Source of the DNA: Ignavibacteria bacterium
GTDB lineage: Bacteria > Bacteroidota > Ignavibacteria > Tepidaquicellales > OLB5
Assembly (NCBI GenBank): GCA_020852705.1
Contig: JADZAP010000036.1
Span: 31,045 to 95,044, forward strand
Length of the DNA stretch: 64,000 bases
Direction of reading: 5' to 3'
The notes under the pieces are model-generated. The model was given only the letters and a program-made list of their open reading frames with translations. It was not told where the DNA came from and made no database searches. Shown in pieces: positions 39,820 through 49,328 of this stretch. The position numbers were made by a program, and so were the translations under genes. The first letter of the stretch is position 1; each line of letters opens with the position of its first letter.

Positions 39820-41631
39820 TTACTTTGGCTTATTTATATATATTGTAAACTTTGCACCCTCTCCCAAATTACTTTCAAGTTTAAGGTTTGCATCTAGAAT
39901 TTGACATAATTTTTTTACAATTGAAAGTCCCAGCCCGGTTGAGTGTTCATTGCCTGTTGGTTTTGCACTTAATCTTGCAAATTTGTTAAACATCTTTTTT
40001 TTATCTTCATCACTAAAACCCGGACCTTGGTCAATTATTTCAAATTTAATTATATCTTCTTCATTAATAACGTTAATTGTAATTAGTTTATTTGTCTCGG
40101 AAAATTTAATTGAATTTGAAAGCAGGTTTTGAAAAATCTCATATAGAATATCTTTATCAGTATTTAAAATTGTTTTATCGGGTGGTGTATTTAATATTAT
40201 TGAAATATGTTTTTTTTCCGCATCTTCACGGAAATTATCAGCAAGCTCTCTGCAAATTTCGTTAACATCAAATTCAGAAAATTTGATCTTAAGCTCTCCC
40301 TGATCAATTGCATTATGATCAAGCAGTTTTTTTATGATATTAAACATCCTGTTTGTTTGGCTGATAATATTTGATGTAAATTGATCCTGTTCATCTTTTG
40401 GCAGATTTTCACTGCGCATTAATACCCTTGCTGTGGAAAGTATATTTTGCAATGGATTTTTAAGGTCGTGTACCGCAATTGCCATAAATTCATTTTTTTC
40501 AATATTAAGCTCATTTAAACTAACATTAAGCTTTTTAACATCTTGCAGAGCTTGTGCCAGTTCTATATTCTTAAGTCTTTGTATCTCAGCTTCTTTCTGA
40601 ACCTGTTCAATTTCTAATTGAGTTGAAATGTTTCGTGCCCTAATTTCAGCTTCTTCTTTAATCAGTTCAAGCTCTTTTTGGTAGGCAATTTTAAGGTGAT
40701 ATAGTGCTTTAGAAGAATTCTCAATTTTTTCATAAACTTCTGAAAGCATTTTATGCAATTCATGTACTGAGCGTTTTATACCCAGCTCAGTAGCAATTTC
40801 AAGTGCTTTTTCTAGGTTCAGCTTTGCTTCATTTATATTATTTTCCAATAATTGAAGTCCGCCAATTTTGCTGTAAACCTTTACTAAACCGCGTTTATCT
40901 TCAAGCTCAATTTTTAATTTTCGGCTTTCTTCAAATAATCTGTTAGCATCTGCATGGTTTTTAAGTTTTGTTTGGGTTTCTGCCAGATGATCAAGGGCTA
41001 ATGCTGTACGTTTTTTATCATTATTACCCTTTGCAATTTCAAGTGCATCATTTAAAAATTTAATTGCTTCATCAGGATTATCAAGCTGACTGTGTGTTAA
41101 TCCAATATTAATATTTGTAATAAGGATAGATTCTGTATCATTTTCCTCTTCTGCCAAATCAAGTGCATTTGAATAGAATTTAAGTGCATTCTTGTAATCC
41201 TTAATATTGGAATATATTAGTCCAATATTTGAAAGCACAATAGCAGATTTTTTGATTTCATTAATACCTTCATAAAGTTTAAGTGATCTAAAATATGCTT
41301 TAAGTGCATTTGAATAGTTATTCAAATTATCATGGATAACACCAACATAGTTTAATGAATCAGCCATAAGTTTTTTGTTGCCAAGCTGTTGAGCAAGCTT
41401 TATTGCTTCTGAAAGATATTTCATTGCAGCAGGATAGTTTGATATATATTCATTGCATATACCAAGTGCATACAGGCTTTCTGCTTCCGTGTATTGGTCT
41501 GCAGATTTAAGCGCCTGCACATAAACAAAGTTTGCAAGTGCCAGTGCTTTTTTAGGATCGCTGTACTTTATTTTATGAACTTCATCAAGTAAACTGTGCA
41601 GTTTTTCGTTATATCCTTCAGGAAAACTCAT
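39820..41631 (-). CDS. cytoplasmic TPR-repeat sensor histidine kinase (no receiver, no TM)
   Basis: 603 aa. About 7 TPR units, then a coiled coil. H-box AIAVHDLKNPL, N-box QNLLSNSIKF, G1 DQGPGF, G2 GTGLGLSI. Confidence 0.88.
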   Translation of the reverse strand: MSFPEGYNEKLHSLLDEVHKIKYSDPKKALALANFVYVQALKSADQYTEAESLYALGICNEYISNYPAAMKYLSEAIKLAQQLGNKKLMADSLNYVGVIHDNLNNYSNALKAYFRSLKLYEGINEIKKSAIVLSNIGLIYSNIKDYKNALKFYSNALDLAEEENDTESILITNINIGLTHSQLDNPDEAIKFLNDALEIAKGNNDKKRTALALDHLAETQTKLKNHADANRLFEESRKLKIELEDKRGLVKVYSKIGGLQLLENNINEAKLNLEKALEIATELGIKRSVHELHKMLSEVYEKIENSSKALYHLKIAYQKELELIKEEAEIRARNISTQLEIEQVQKEAEIQRLKNIELAQALQDVKKLNVSLNELNIEKNEFMAIAVHDLKNPLQNILSTARVLMRSENLPKDEQDQFTSNIISQTNRMFNIIKKLLDHNAIDQGELKIKFSEFDVNEICRELADNFREDAEKKHISIILNTPPDKTILNTDKDILYEIFQNLLSNSIKFSETNKLITINVINEEDIIKFEIIDQGPGFSDEDKKKMFNKFARLSAKPTGNEHSTGLGLSIVKKLCQILDANLKLESNLGEGAKFTIYINKPK

Positions 41632-41875
41632 TGTCAGATTATTTTTATTACAGCAAAATTACTCATTTAATATAGGTAATTCTATATTTATTTACGGTAT
41701 TTTATGTATTCAAAAAATAATTGAAAAAACCCTGAATGCTAAGCGATTCAAAAAATAAATATTGAATTGATTATATTTTCTCCAAAAATTCAAAATTCAA
41801 TATGACTTTAAAAATTCTTTTATTATACTTAAATTTGTTTATAGAATATTGCTTTAGATTAATTTTTTCGCAACA

Positions 41876-41957
41876 GGAGAGCTCGCATAATGGTATTGCA
41901 GCGGTCTTGAAAACCGCCGGGCGCAAGCCTGTGGGGGTTCGAGTCCCTCGCTCTCCG
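41876..41957 (+). tRNA. tRNA-Ser (anticodon UGA), type II with long variable arm; no encoded CCA
   Basis: Hand-folded. Acceptor ggagagc/gctctcc. Anticodon stem gcggt/accgc with loop cTTGAaa. Variable arm cgggcgcaagcctgt. T-arm ggggg-ttcgagt-ccctc. Confidence 0.8.
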
Positions 41958-41971
41958 CAAATATACAAATT

Positions 41972-42000
41972 AACAAGGGGTTATAACCCCTTGTTTTATT
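41972..42000 (+). terminator. hairpin/terminator between the two tRNA genes
   Basis: aacaagggg-ttataa-ccccttgtt followed by ttatt. Confidence 0.5.
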
Positions 42001-42019
42001 CAAACAACTATATTTATCA

Positions 42020-42106
42020 GGAGAGGTGCTCGAGTGGTTGAAGAGGCCACCCTGGAAAGGTGGTATACCGGCAACGGTATCGTGGGTTCGAATCCCACCT
42101 TCTCCG
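42020..42106 (+). tRNA. tRNA-Ser (anticodon GGA), type II; no encoded CCA
   Basis: Hand-folded. ggagagg acceptor, gctcgagtggttgaagaggc D-arm, anticodon stem ccacc/ggtgg with loop cTGGAaa, long variable arm, T-arm gtggg-ttcgaat-cccac. Confidence 0.9.
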
Positions 42107-42155
42107 CGATTTGCTTTTACTCTTATTTCTAATTTTTTATTCTTAAGAATATGTT

Positions 42156-43004
42156 TTATTTATCTTTCTTTTCTTCCTGAACTGTTTGGTCAATACAGTT
42201 ATTTCCAAACTCTTTTTTTGACCATTCAGAACGTATAGTCAAACAAAGATTGTATTCACCCGGGGGAAATTCTCCCGTTTTTAAAATATTATCTCTTAAC
42301 TTTTCCATTAAAAAAAGGCTGTTAACAGCTTCATTAATTTTATAAGATATATCCTTTGTCTCCACGGGCTGTAAACTGAAAGGTCGGGAAGTTCCTTCAA
42401 ACATGTCCTGTCCGTTAAACTTCAGTTTGCAGTAAACTTCAACATGCTGCTTCGATTTGGATTTATTGTTTGCTGTAAAATTCCACAAGTCAGTAGTAAA
42501 AAGTTTCGCATTTTCAGGTTTTTTTACTTTTATATCAATAACAGCATCGTTTTCATAATTTTCTACGGTATGGTTTACGCAAGTATTACCGTATGATTTG
42601 TTTTTTTCGGGTTGATTTTTTTCGTTAACTGCGTAAGCTGTCATACAAATTTTATAATTGCCAATTAAAAAATCGTTATCCCTGATTATCATACCTTTCT
42701 TAATATTACCGTACCAATTTTTTAGAGGCGGGTCTTCAAACTTCAAATCAATGTTAATGTTTTCGCCGGAAGAAATAGGCATACTCTTAGTTGAACTTTC
42801 ATATAACAGGGTATCATTATAAACAACTGTTAATGTAAATATAGTATTTAGGTTTTCATTGCCTGTATTTTTGGCATCAAATTTCCACAGATCATTTCCG
42901 TTGAGCTTACCTTTAGGAAATTCCTTGAATTTAATTTCGATTTGCGAAAATGCAATTGAAGTAAATAATAATAAAATAATAATTATGAATGAAGATTTTT
43001 TCAT
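42156..43004 (-). CDS. secreted protein built of two tandem homologous ~125-aa domains
   Basis: 282 aa with a signal peptide. The two halves share DLW.F.A.N, G.Y..C.T and GN.C....V. Confidence 0.65.
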   Translation of the reverse strand: MKKSSFIIIILLLFTSIAFSQIEIKFKEFPKGKLNGNDLWKFDAKNTGNENLNTIFTLTVVYNDTLLYESSTKSMPISSGENINIDLKFEDPPLKNWYGNIKKGMIIRDNDFLIGNYKICMTAYAVNEKNQPEKNKSYGNTCVNHTVENYENDAVIDIKVKKPENAKLFTTDLWNFTANNKSKSKQHVEVYCKLKFNGQDMFEGTSRPFSLQPVETKDISYKINEAVNSLFLMEKLRDNILKTGEFPPGEYNLCLTIRSEWSKKEFGNNCIDQTVQEEKKDK

Positions 43005-43126
43005 AGTACTTATAGTTAAATTATTGATTAATGTTTATTCTTATGAAATTTTATGCATAAATCAAATGTTGCTATCAGTAGTACCTATTTAATGTGTGTG
43101 GTGGTGATGCAGGGTTTTTTAAATTT

Positions 43127-43158
43127 TACGGCAATTTAATGCTACGGCAATTTAAAGC
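43127..43158. repeat. tandem 16-nt direct repeat (tacggcaatttaatgc / tacggcaatttaaagc)
   Basis: Read directly; 15/16 identical. Lies in a divergent intergenic region. Confidence 0.85.
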
Positions 43159-43310
43159 TTCAGGTAGAAAATAAATCTGATTATTATAATTATTATTAAA
43201 TCTATTTTCAAGTATTTAATTTAAACATTGTAATTTTAAGTACTTATATAGAACTTGAAAAATTAATAAATTCTTTTCGATAAAATTCAACTAGTTTTAT
43301 ATTTAAAAAA

Positions 43311-43700
43311 ATGAAAAATATAATATCGGCATTTTTGTTTTTAATTGTTTCAACTTTATGTTATTCTCAAAATAATTCTGAATATTCAGGAATATGGCAA
43401 TCTATTGTTAAAGCGGGAAATAAACCAACCACTCCAACTTACCTGCAATTTAATGCTGACGGGTCATGTAAATGGGGAGTAAATCAGGATGGAACAGATG
43501 GAACTACTGTTACAACCGGTAAATGGGAAATTACATCTGATGGAGAAATTAAACTTACAACAGATGCTTCACCCAATTATTCGCAGTATTATTCTCCAAC
43601 AGGTGAAAACATGAAATTCATATATAAATATGATGAAACTAACGGGGATAAAAATCTGGTCAGAAATACTGATATGACTGTATACCTGCAAAAACAATAG
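43311..43700 (+). CDS. small secreted lipocalin-like protein
   Basis: 129 aa with a signal peptide. GIWQS...LQFNADGSCKWG...TGKWEITSDGEIKL pattern. Confidence 0.6.
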   Translation: MKNIISAFLFLIVSTLCYSQNNSEYSGIWQSIVKAGNKPTTPTYLQFNADGSCKWGVNQDGTDGTTVTTGKWEITSDGEIKLTTDASPNYSQYYSPTGENMKFIYKYDETNGDKNLVRNTDMTVYLQKQ

Positions 43701-43897
43701 TAAAATTAATTTCAAACTTGTATAAATCCCTGACCTATTAACCTGCCAATTATACTATTATATTAAAATTATTTATTTTCGGCAAATACTGCAATTTTTA
43801 ATCAGTAAATACCGTTAAAGTAAAGCGTGCAACTATTTTGAAATTATATAATTTTATTCCTGCTAATTTATTATACTGCATTTTATAATTAAACCCT

Positions 43898-43905
43898 TAT
43901 TTTTG
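43898..43905 (+). promoter_or_regulatory. candidate -7 promoter box TAnnTTTG (TATTTTTG)
   Basis: Exact match 23 nt upstream of the TTG start at 43929. Confidence 0.25.
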
Positions 43906-43928
43906 CGTTAAATTAAACTTTTTTATAT

Positions 43929-45275
43929 TTGGTTAAAGTTCTCGTTTTTTTTGCACTCATAGCTTTATCAGTTAATGTGCAAAATACATTTTGCAGTATT
44001 GATGACTCATCTGCAGTAAGTCTTAAGAAAGCTATGGATGCCTACCGCAATGATGATTTTAAAACTGCTATTGAATATTTTACTGCGTATCTGAATGTTG
44101 CAACTATGCATGATGAAGTGTATTACCTTCGCGGTAACTCTTACCTGCAGTTAAAGATGTATGATAAAGCAATGAGTGATTTTGACAAAGCCGTACAACT
44201 TGGTTACAAAAATTATAAATTGTTCATGAGCATGGCTCAATATTACAAAGATAAGAACTCTCCCTCAGAAGCAATTAAATATTATAAAAAAGCAGCTGAA
44301 ATTGACAATAGTTCCGTGGAACCTTATGTTGAAATAGGTTATATTTATTATAATCAGGGTAAAAATGATGAAGCTTCAGAATATTTCAAAAAGGCACTCC
44401 AGTTAAATCCCGGTTATCCTGAATTAAATTTTTCTGTAGGAATTACTTCCTATGAACAGGCACAGTATGATGAAGCATTGGAGCATTTTAAAACTGCTTA
44501 TTTTCTTGATACCTCAAAAATCAAATATGCTTATTATATAAGTAAAACTCTGTTTAAATTAACAGATAGTGTTGAAGCTGTAAGATACTTAAAAAATATT
44601 ATTGTAAATGATTCTTCTTATGCACCCGCATTTTATGAGCTGGCAGAATATTATTCTAAAGTAAAAAAGTATGATACTGCCGTAATATTTTATAATAAAG
44701 TACTAAAAAAGCCGGGTTCTGAAGTTTCTGTTACTCAGATTTACAGAAAAAGATCTGAAATATACTTAATTTTGGGATTGGATAGCTTGGCTATCAAAGA
44801 TATTGATATGGCTATTTTTCTTAATCCGGGTGATACAATTTCTTATTTCAGAAAAGCTGTATATAATTACAGAGTAGGATTAGATTCACAGGCATATTTA
44901 GATGCCGATAAAGTGCTTAGACTAGACCCTAATTTTTCTGCAGCGCACAGCATGAAAGGAATGATTAATTTCCGCAGGGATAAATTTCTTGATGCTGAAA
45001 CAGAATTTGATAAAGCATTAATGTTCAACCCGAAAGACAGCATTGCGTTATTTGGCAAAGGTTTGATATTTATGGAAAAGGATGATTATCAGGGTGCGTT
45101 TAATTATTTTAATGATTGCTTAAAAGTTGCAACTAAATATGCCGCTGCTTATGAAAACAGGGGAATTTGTTATTTTAATATGGGTAAATATAAACAGGCA
45201 ACGTATGACTTTGAAAAGGCAATAAAATATGATCCATCTCTTGATAGTAAGTTAAGACCTTTTATGGTAAAATGA
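43929..45275 (+). CDS. secreted tetratricopeptide-repeat protein
   Basis: 448 aa with at least 10 TPR units (e.g. YYLRGNSYLQLKMYDKAMSDFDKAVQL). TTG start, so the start site is uncertain. Confidence 0.8.
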   Translation: MVKVLVFFALIALSVNVQNTFCSIDDSSAVSLKKAMDAYRNDDFKTAIEYFTAYLNVATMHDEVYYLRGNSYLQLKMYDKAMSDFDKAVQLGYKNYKLFMSMAQYYKDKNSPSEAIKYYKKAAEIDNSSVEPYVEIGYIYYNQGKNDEASEYFKKALQLNPGYPELNFSVGITSYEQAQYDEALEHFKTAYFLDTSKIKYAYYISKTLFKLTDSVEAVRYLKNIIVNDSSYAPAFYELAEYYSKVKKYDTAVIFYNKVLKKPGSEVSVTQIYRKRSEIYLILGLDSLAIKDIDMAIFLNPGDTISYFRKAVYNYRVGLDSQAYLDADKVLRLDPNFSAAHSMKGMINFRRDKFLDAETEFDKALMFNPKDSIALFGKGLIFMEKDDYQGAFNYFNDCLKVATKYAAAYENRGICYFNMGKYKQATYDFEKAIKYDPSLDSKLRPFMVK

Positions 45276-45362
45276 ATTAATTCAACTTTTGAAAAATAAA
45301 ATAATACCCCTTATTTCTTTTTAACAAACGTACAAATTTAGGTAATTAAAAAATTCAATTTA

Positions 45363-46181
45363 CTACTTTACATTAAAATAAATGTATGGCGTTCCGTTTG
45401 AAGTAATTATCCGGTTATTGTAATATATAGAATCATATAGTTTCCAGCCGCCGGTGTAATCAAAGTTTACTTTTCCCTGATATATTCCTCCTCCTATGTA
45501 TACCGGATTCTGATTTCCCGCAGATGTATGGTTTAATGAGTCCAATACAGGGCGTAAATACATTTCAGCTGTATTTACCTGTGTAAAATCAATAAAGTTT
45601 GGTGATTCATGAAGCAGACAGGTAAATTCATTTAACCCTTTAAACGGATCTTCCGGGGTAACAACTGTAATAAGGTAACTTAATTCAGCTTTAATATCTG
45701 TAAAAATTTTGAATTTAGTTTTTTCATCCCATCCAACATCAAACCTTATTGAATCTGCTGAAAATTCATCATTATAATTGTAGTATGCGTACCACCTGCT
45801 TGTTGAATCGCCCGGCATCAGCATTATAAGGTACCCTGTAAACATTCCAAATGCTGCATTGTAATTATACTGCGGCTCTACGGGTGTTGCATGGTATTCG
45901 TTAGAATTAAAATGGAACATCTTAGCATAAAATTTCACATAGCCCGTTGTTTTTTCCGAATTATTATCAAAAACCTTAAATCCTATTTTATTGTATCCCG
46001 TCATTAGAGTATCATTTTTAGTTGTCCACACTTCAAATCTTTTTCCGTTTGTTTCAACTGTTATTATTTTATTGTAAGTTTCTCCAGCGGGCGGCGGAGT
46101 TATTACATTATCATTGTTAGAACATCCGGTAACAATTACAATTGCTGAAATAAATATATATCCAAAATACTTTTTCATCAT
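45363..46181 (-). CDS. hypothetical lipoprotein
   Basis: 272 aa. Lipobox IVTGC after a hydrophobic N-terminus. Confidence 0.6.
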   Translation of the reverse strand: MMKKYFGYIFISAIVIVTGCSNNDNVITPPPAGETYNKIITVETNGKRFEVWTTKNDTLMTGYNKIGFKVFDNNSEKTTGYVKFYAKMFHFNSNEYHATPVEPQYNYNAAFGMFTGYLIMLMPGDSTSRWYAYYNYNDEFSADSIRFDVGWDEKTKFKIFTDIKAELSYLITVVTPEDPFKGLNEFTCLLHESPNFIDFTQVNTAEMYLRPVLDSLNHTSAGNQNPVYIGGGIYQGKVNFDYTGGWKLYDSIYYNNRIITSNGTPYIYFNVK

Positions 46182-46269
46182 GCAAGTTATATAAAATTAA
46201 AAGAATATCGTATGATAAATATCATATATCATTTAAAATTTTTATGATTTTTAAATAGAATAATTTGCA

Positions 46270-46842
46270 CTATTTAACTTTTTTATATCTATGGCAATCA
46301 ACCAAATGGTCATTTACCATTCCTGTTGCCTGCATGTGGGCATAGCAAATTGTTGAGCCGGTAAACTTAAATCCGTCTTTTATTAACTGTTTGCTCATTG
46401 TATCAGATTCTTTTGTTCTGGCTGGAATTTCTTTTAAAGTTTTCCATTTGTTTCTTTTAACTCTGCCATCTGTAAATTGCCAAAGATAATTATTAAATGA
46501 ACCGGTTTTTTGAAGTATATTTAAATAAGCCCGTGCATTTGTTATTGCAGCATTAATTTTCAGTTTATTTCTTATTATTCCTGCGTTATTTAAAAGTTTT
46601 TCTATCTTATTTTTGTTATATCTTGCAATTTTATCAGGATTAAAGTTATCAAATGCTTTCCTGAAATTTTCTCTTTTGTATAATATTGTCCTCCAGCTTA
46701 ATCCTGCCTGAAAGCCTTCCAAGATTAAAAATTCAAAAAGTTTTATGTCATCATGTAATGGAACCCCCCATTCTTCATCATGATATTTTACATAAAGTTC
46801 ATCTGTGCCGCACCACGGGCAGCGTATCAGTTCATTTTTCAA
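46270..46842 (-). CDS. tag: DNA-3-methyladenine glycosylase I
   Basis: 190 aa. CPWCGTDELYVKYHDEEWGVPLHDD and FLILEGFQAGLSW are hallmark Tag motifs. Confidence 0.92.
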   Translation of the reverse strand: MKNELIRCPWCGTDELYVKYHDEEWGVPLHDDIKLFEFLILEGFQAGLSWRTILYKRENFRKAFDNFNPDKIARYNKNKIEKLLNNAGIIRNKLKINAAITNARAYLNILQKTGSFNNYLWQFTDGRVKRNKWKTLKEIPARTKESDTMSKQLIKDGFKFTGSTICYAHMQATGMVNDHLVDCHRYKKVK

Positions 46843-46921
46843 TTTTTTAGATTAATTTTAATTATTATAATTCAAAATTATTAACTATTATGTAAAAAGC
46901 CAAATCATTAAATTAGTATCC

Positions 46922-47737
46922 ATGGAACTCTTCAAGATGGGCTTTGTATCGGTAAGCTTAATTGATATAATTGATATAATTATAGTTACTTATATCTTTT
47001 ATAAGTTATATCTTGTAATGCGGGGCACAATTGCTTCGCAGATATTTCTTGGGTTAACCCTTATTATATTGGCATCTTTAATAGCTCAGACTTTCAATAT
47101 GAAATCCCTCGGCTGGATATTCAGCCGTTTAACCGATATTTGGGTAATTGCCATTATTATTCTGTTTCAGCCTGAAATTAGAAGACTTTTGCTTGTAATA
47201 GGAAGAACCCGTTTTGCAAGATATTTCTTAAAAATTAATGCAAGTGAAACTATAAATGAGATAATTGAAGGTTTAACTGAACTGCAGCAGCGTAAGCAGG
47301 GAGCTCTTATTGTTATTTCTATGGGTGATAGATTAACCAGCTTTGTTGAAACAGGTGAGCAACTTCAGGCAAAAGTAAGCAAAGAACTCCTTATAAGTAT
47401 TTTCAACACAAAATCACCTCTGCATGATGGTGCTGTTATTATAAATAATAACACTATTGTAGCTGCCAGATGTATTCTGCCGCTCTCATCAGTTGAAAAA
47501 ATAGAAAACAAAAAACTTGGCACCAGACACAGGGCAGGTTTAGGTGCTTCCGAAGATGTAAATGCAATGGTAATTATTCTCTCAGAAGAAACAGGCAGTC
47601 TTTCTATTGCTGAAGATGGAAAGCTTAAATTTGTTAAGTCAATGGATGAACTTAAGCGCGAAATGAAGAAAGAGCTTGAATCTACGGATGTTAAAGAAGA
47701 AGTAAAGGAAATTTTTGAAGAAATGGAAGAAGAATAG
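46922..47737 (+). CDS. cdaA: membrane diadenylate cyclase CdaA
   Basis: 271 aa with three N-terminal TM helices. DAC-domain motifs HDGAVII and LGTRHRAGLGASE. Confidence 0.9.
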   Translation: MELFKMGFVSVSLIDIIDIIIVTYIFYKLYLVMRGTIASQIFLGLTLIILASLIAQTFNMKSLGWIFSRLTDIWVIAIIILFQPEIRRLLLVIGRTRFARYFLKINASETINEIIEGLTELQQRKQGALIVISMGDRLTSFVETGEQLQAKVSKELLISIFNTKSPLHDGAVIINNNTIVAARCILPLSSVEKIENKKLGTRHRAGLGASEDVNAMVIILSEETGSLSIAEDGKLKFVKSMDELKREMKKELESTDVKEEVKEIFEEMEEE

Positions 47738-47742
47738 TTTGT

Positions 47743-48381
47743 ATGTTTCTGCTTGAAGAAGAAAAGAAAAAACTTGTAGAAGGATTATGGAATAAAGGTA
47801 TAAAGGATGAAAATATCCTTAAAGCTATTTATGATATTCCGCGGGAAAAGTTTATTTCAGATGCATTAAGAAAATTTGCCTATGATGATAATGCACTGCC
47901 AATTGAATGTGCCCAGACAATTTCTCAGCCGTTTACTGTAGCATATATGACACAGGTATTGGGTGTGAATCCGGGAGATAAAATTCTGGAAATCGGTACC
48001 GGTTCGGGATATCAGGCTGCAGTACTTTTAAAACTTGGTGCTGAAGTTTATTCGGTTGAAAGAATTAACAAGCTGTATCTAAACGCAAAAGAACTTTTAG
48101 CTTCTCTCAATTTTAACGTGCATTTAAAACTTGATGATGGAACACTTGGGTGGGAAGAACACGCACCATTTGATAAAATAATAGTAACTGCGGGGGCACC
48201 CGAAGTACCAAATCAATTATTAACACAGTTAAAAACCGCGGGGAAGCTGATTATCCCTGTTGGTAATCAAGAATCTCAGCAGCTTCTTGAAATTACCCGC
48301 ACTGAAACCGGATTTAACAAAAAATACTATGATTACTTCAAATTTGTTCCTTTAATAGGAGCTGAAGGCTGGAAACATTGA
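47743..48381 (+). CDS. pcm: protein-L-isoaspartate O-methyltransferase
   Basis: 212 aa. QTISQPFTVAYM and EIGTGSGYQAAVL motifs. Confidence 0.92.
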   Translation: MFLLEEEKKKLVEGLWNKGIKDENILKAIYDIPREKFISDALRKFAYDDNALPIECAQTISQPFTVAYMTQVLGVNPGDKILEIGTGSGYQAAVLLKLGAEVYSVERINKLYLNAKELLASLNFNVHLKLDDGTLGWEEHAPFDKIIVTAGAPEVPNQLLTQLKTAGKLIIPVGNQESQQLLEITRTETGFNKKYYDYFKFVPLIGAEGWKH

Positions 48382-48396
48382 TATTTTTATAAATTT

Positions 48397-49320
48397 ATGT
48401 CAAAGCCAAAAGTAATTGTCATTACAGGACCAACCGCATCGGGTAAAACAGCTCTTACAATTAATCTCGCAAAAAAAATCCGGAATAATTCAGGTAAATC
48501 TGTTGAAATAATTTCAGCTGATTCTCGTCAAATTTATAAACATATACCTATCACTACAGCTCAGCCAACTGCCTATGAACTTAAGCTATTTAAACATCAT
48601 TTTATAAACGAGCTGGAGCTTGAAGATGAATTTAATGCGGGAGTGTTTGGAACTAAAGCACGCTTGCTTGTAAACAGTATTATTGATGAGGGGAAAATTC
48701 CCTTAATAGCAGGCGGCAGCGGGCTTTATATCAACTCACTTATTTATGGATTATTTGAATTGGAAACGGATGAAAACCTTGACAAGCAGTTAATAGCTAA
48801 AAGGCAGGAACTGTATAAATTAAAAGATGAAAAAGGATTTGATTACCTTATAAATGAACTCAAAAAAAATGATCCCGAATATTTTTCTGAAATGAAGGAA
48901 ATTAAAGTTAGACCTGTAATAAGGGCATTAGAAGTCTTTTATACAACGGGTAAAACTATTACAGAATATCAAAAGAAAAAAATAAAAATAAATTTTAAAC
49001 CCTTAATATACGGCATAAATACAGAAAGGATTGAACTTTATAACAGAATAAATAACCGCGTAATTAGTATGATTGATTCAGGAATGATTGATGAAATTAA
49101 AATTCTTAAAAATAATAATTATCACTATAAAACTCATAATTCATTAAATACCGTTGGCGCAAAAGAAGTATTTGATTACCTTGATGGAACTATTGAAAAA
49201 GATAAAATGACAGAACTTATTCAGCAAAATACCCGCCGGTTTGCAAAACGTCAAATTACATGGTTTAAACGTGATAATAATATTAAATGGATTAAGAGTT
49301 TGGATGAAATTGAAATTTAA
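48397..49320 (+). CDS. miaA: tRNA dimethylallyltransferase
   Basis: 307 aa. P-loop GPTASGKT, SADSRQIYK and GGSGLY motifs. Confidence 0.93.
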   Translation: MSKPKVIVITGPTASGKTALTINLAKKIRNNSGKSVEIISADSRQIYKHIPITTAQPTAYELKLFKHHFINELELEDEFNAGVFGTKARLLVNSIIDEGKIPLIAGGSGLYINSLIYGLFELETDENLDKQLIAKRQELYKLKDEKGFDYLINELKKNDPEYFSEMKEIKVRPVIRALEVFYTTGKTITEYQKKKIKINFKPLIYGINTERIELYNRINNRVISMIDSGMIDEIKILKNNNYHYKTHNSLNTVGAKEVFDYLDGTIEKDKMTELIQQNTRRFAKRQITWFKRDNNIKWIKSLDEIEI

Positions 49321-49328
49321 ATTATAAT

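Noticed and set aside
41876-41957. tRNA-Sec, because the anticodon loop contains the letters TGA and the tRNA has a long variable arm
   Set aside because: Read 5'->3' the anticodon is UGA (decodes UCA, Ser), not UCA. The acceptor stem is 7 bp, not 8, and no selA/selB/selD genes are in the window.
41771-42238. ORF-track entries 41771-41968(-), 41802-42041(+) and 42026-42238(+)
   Set aside because: They overlap the two tRNA-Ser genes and the intervening hairpin, so they are spurious translations of RNA genes.
41876-46181. Genomic island or prophage remnant integrated at the tRNA-Ser genes
   Set aside because: There are no integrase, excisionase, transposase or phage-like ORFs. I found no direct repeat of either tRNA 3' end downstream. 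Composition looks the same as the flanking DNA.
46922-47737. Diadenylate cyclase as part of a cyclic-nucleotide defence (CBASS-like) system
   Set aside because: It has the canonical three-TM CdaA architecture and sits among housekeeping genes (tag, pcm, miaA). No effector or CD-NTase-type partner is present.
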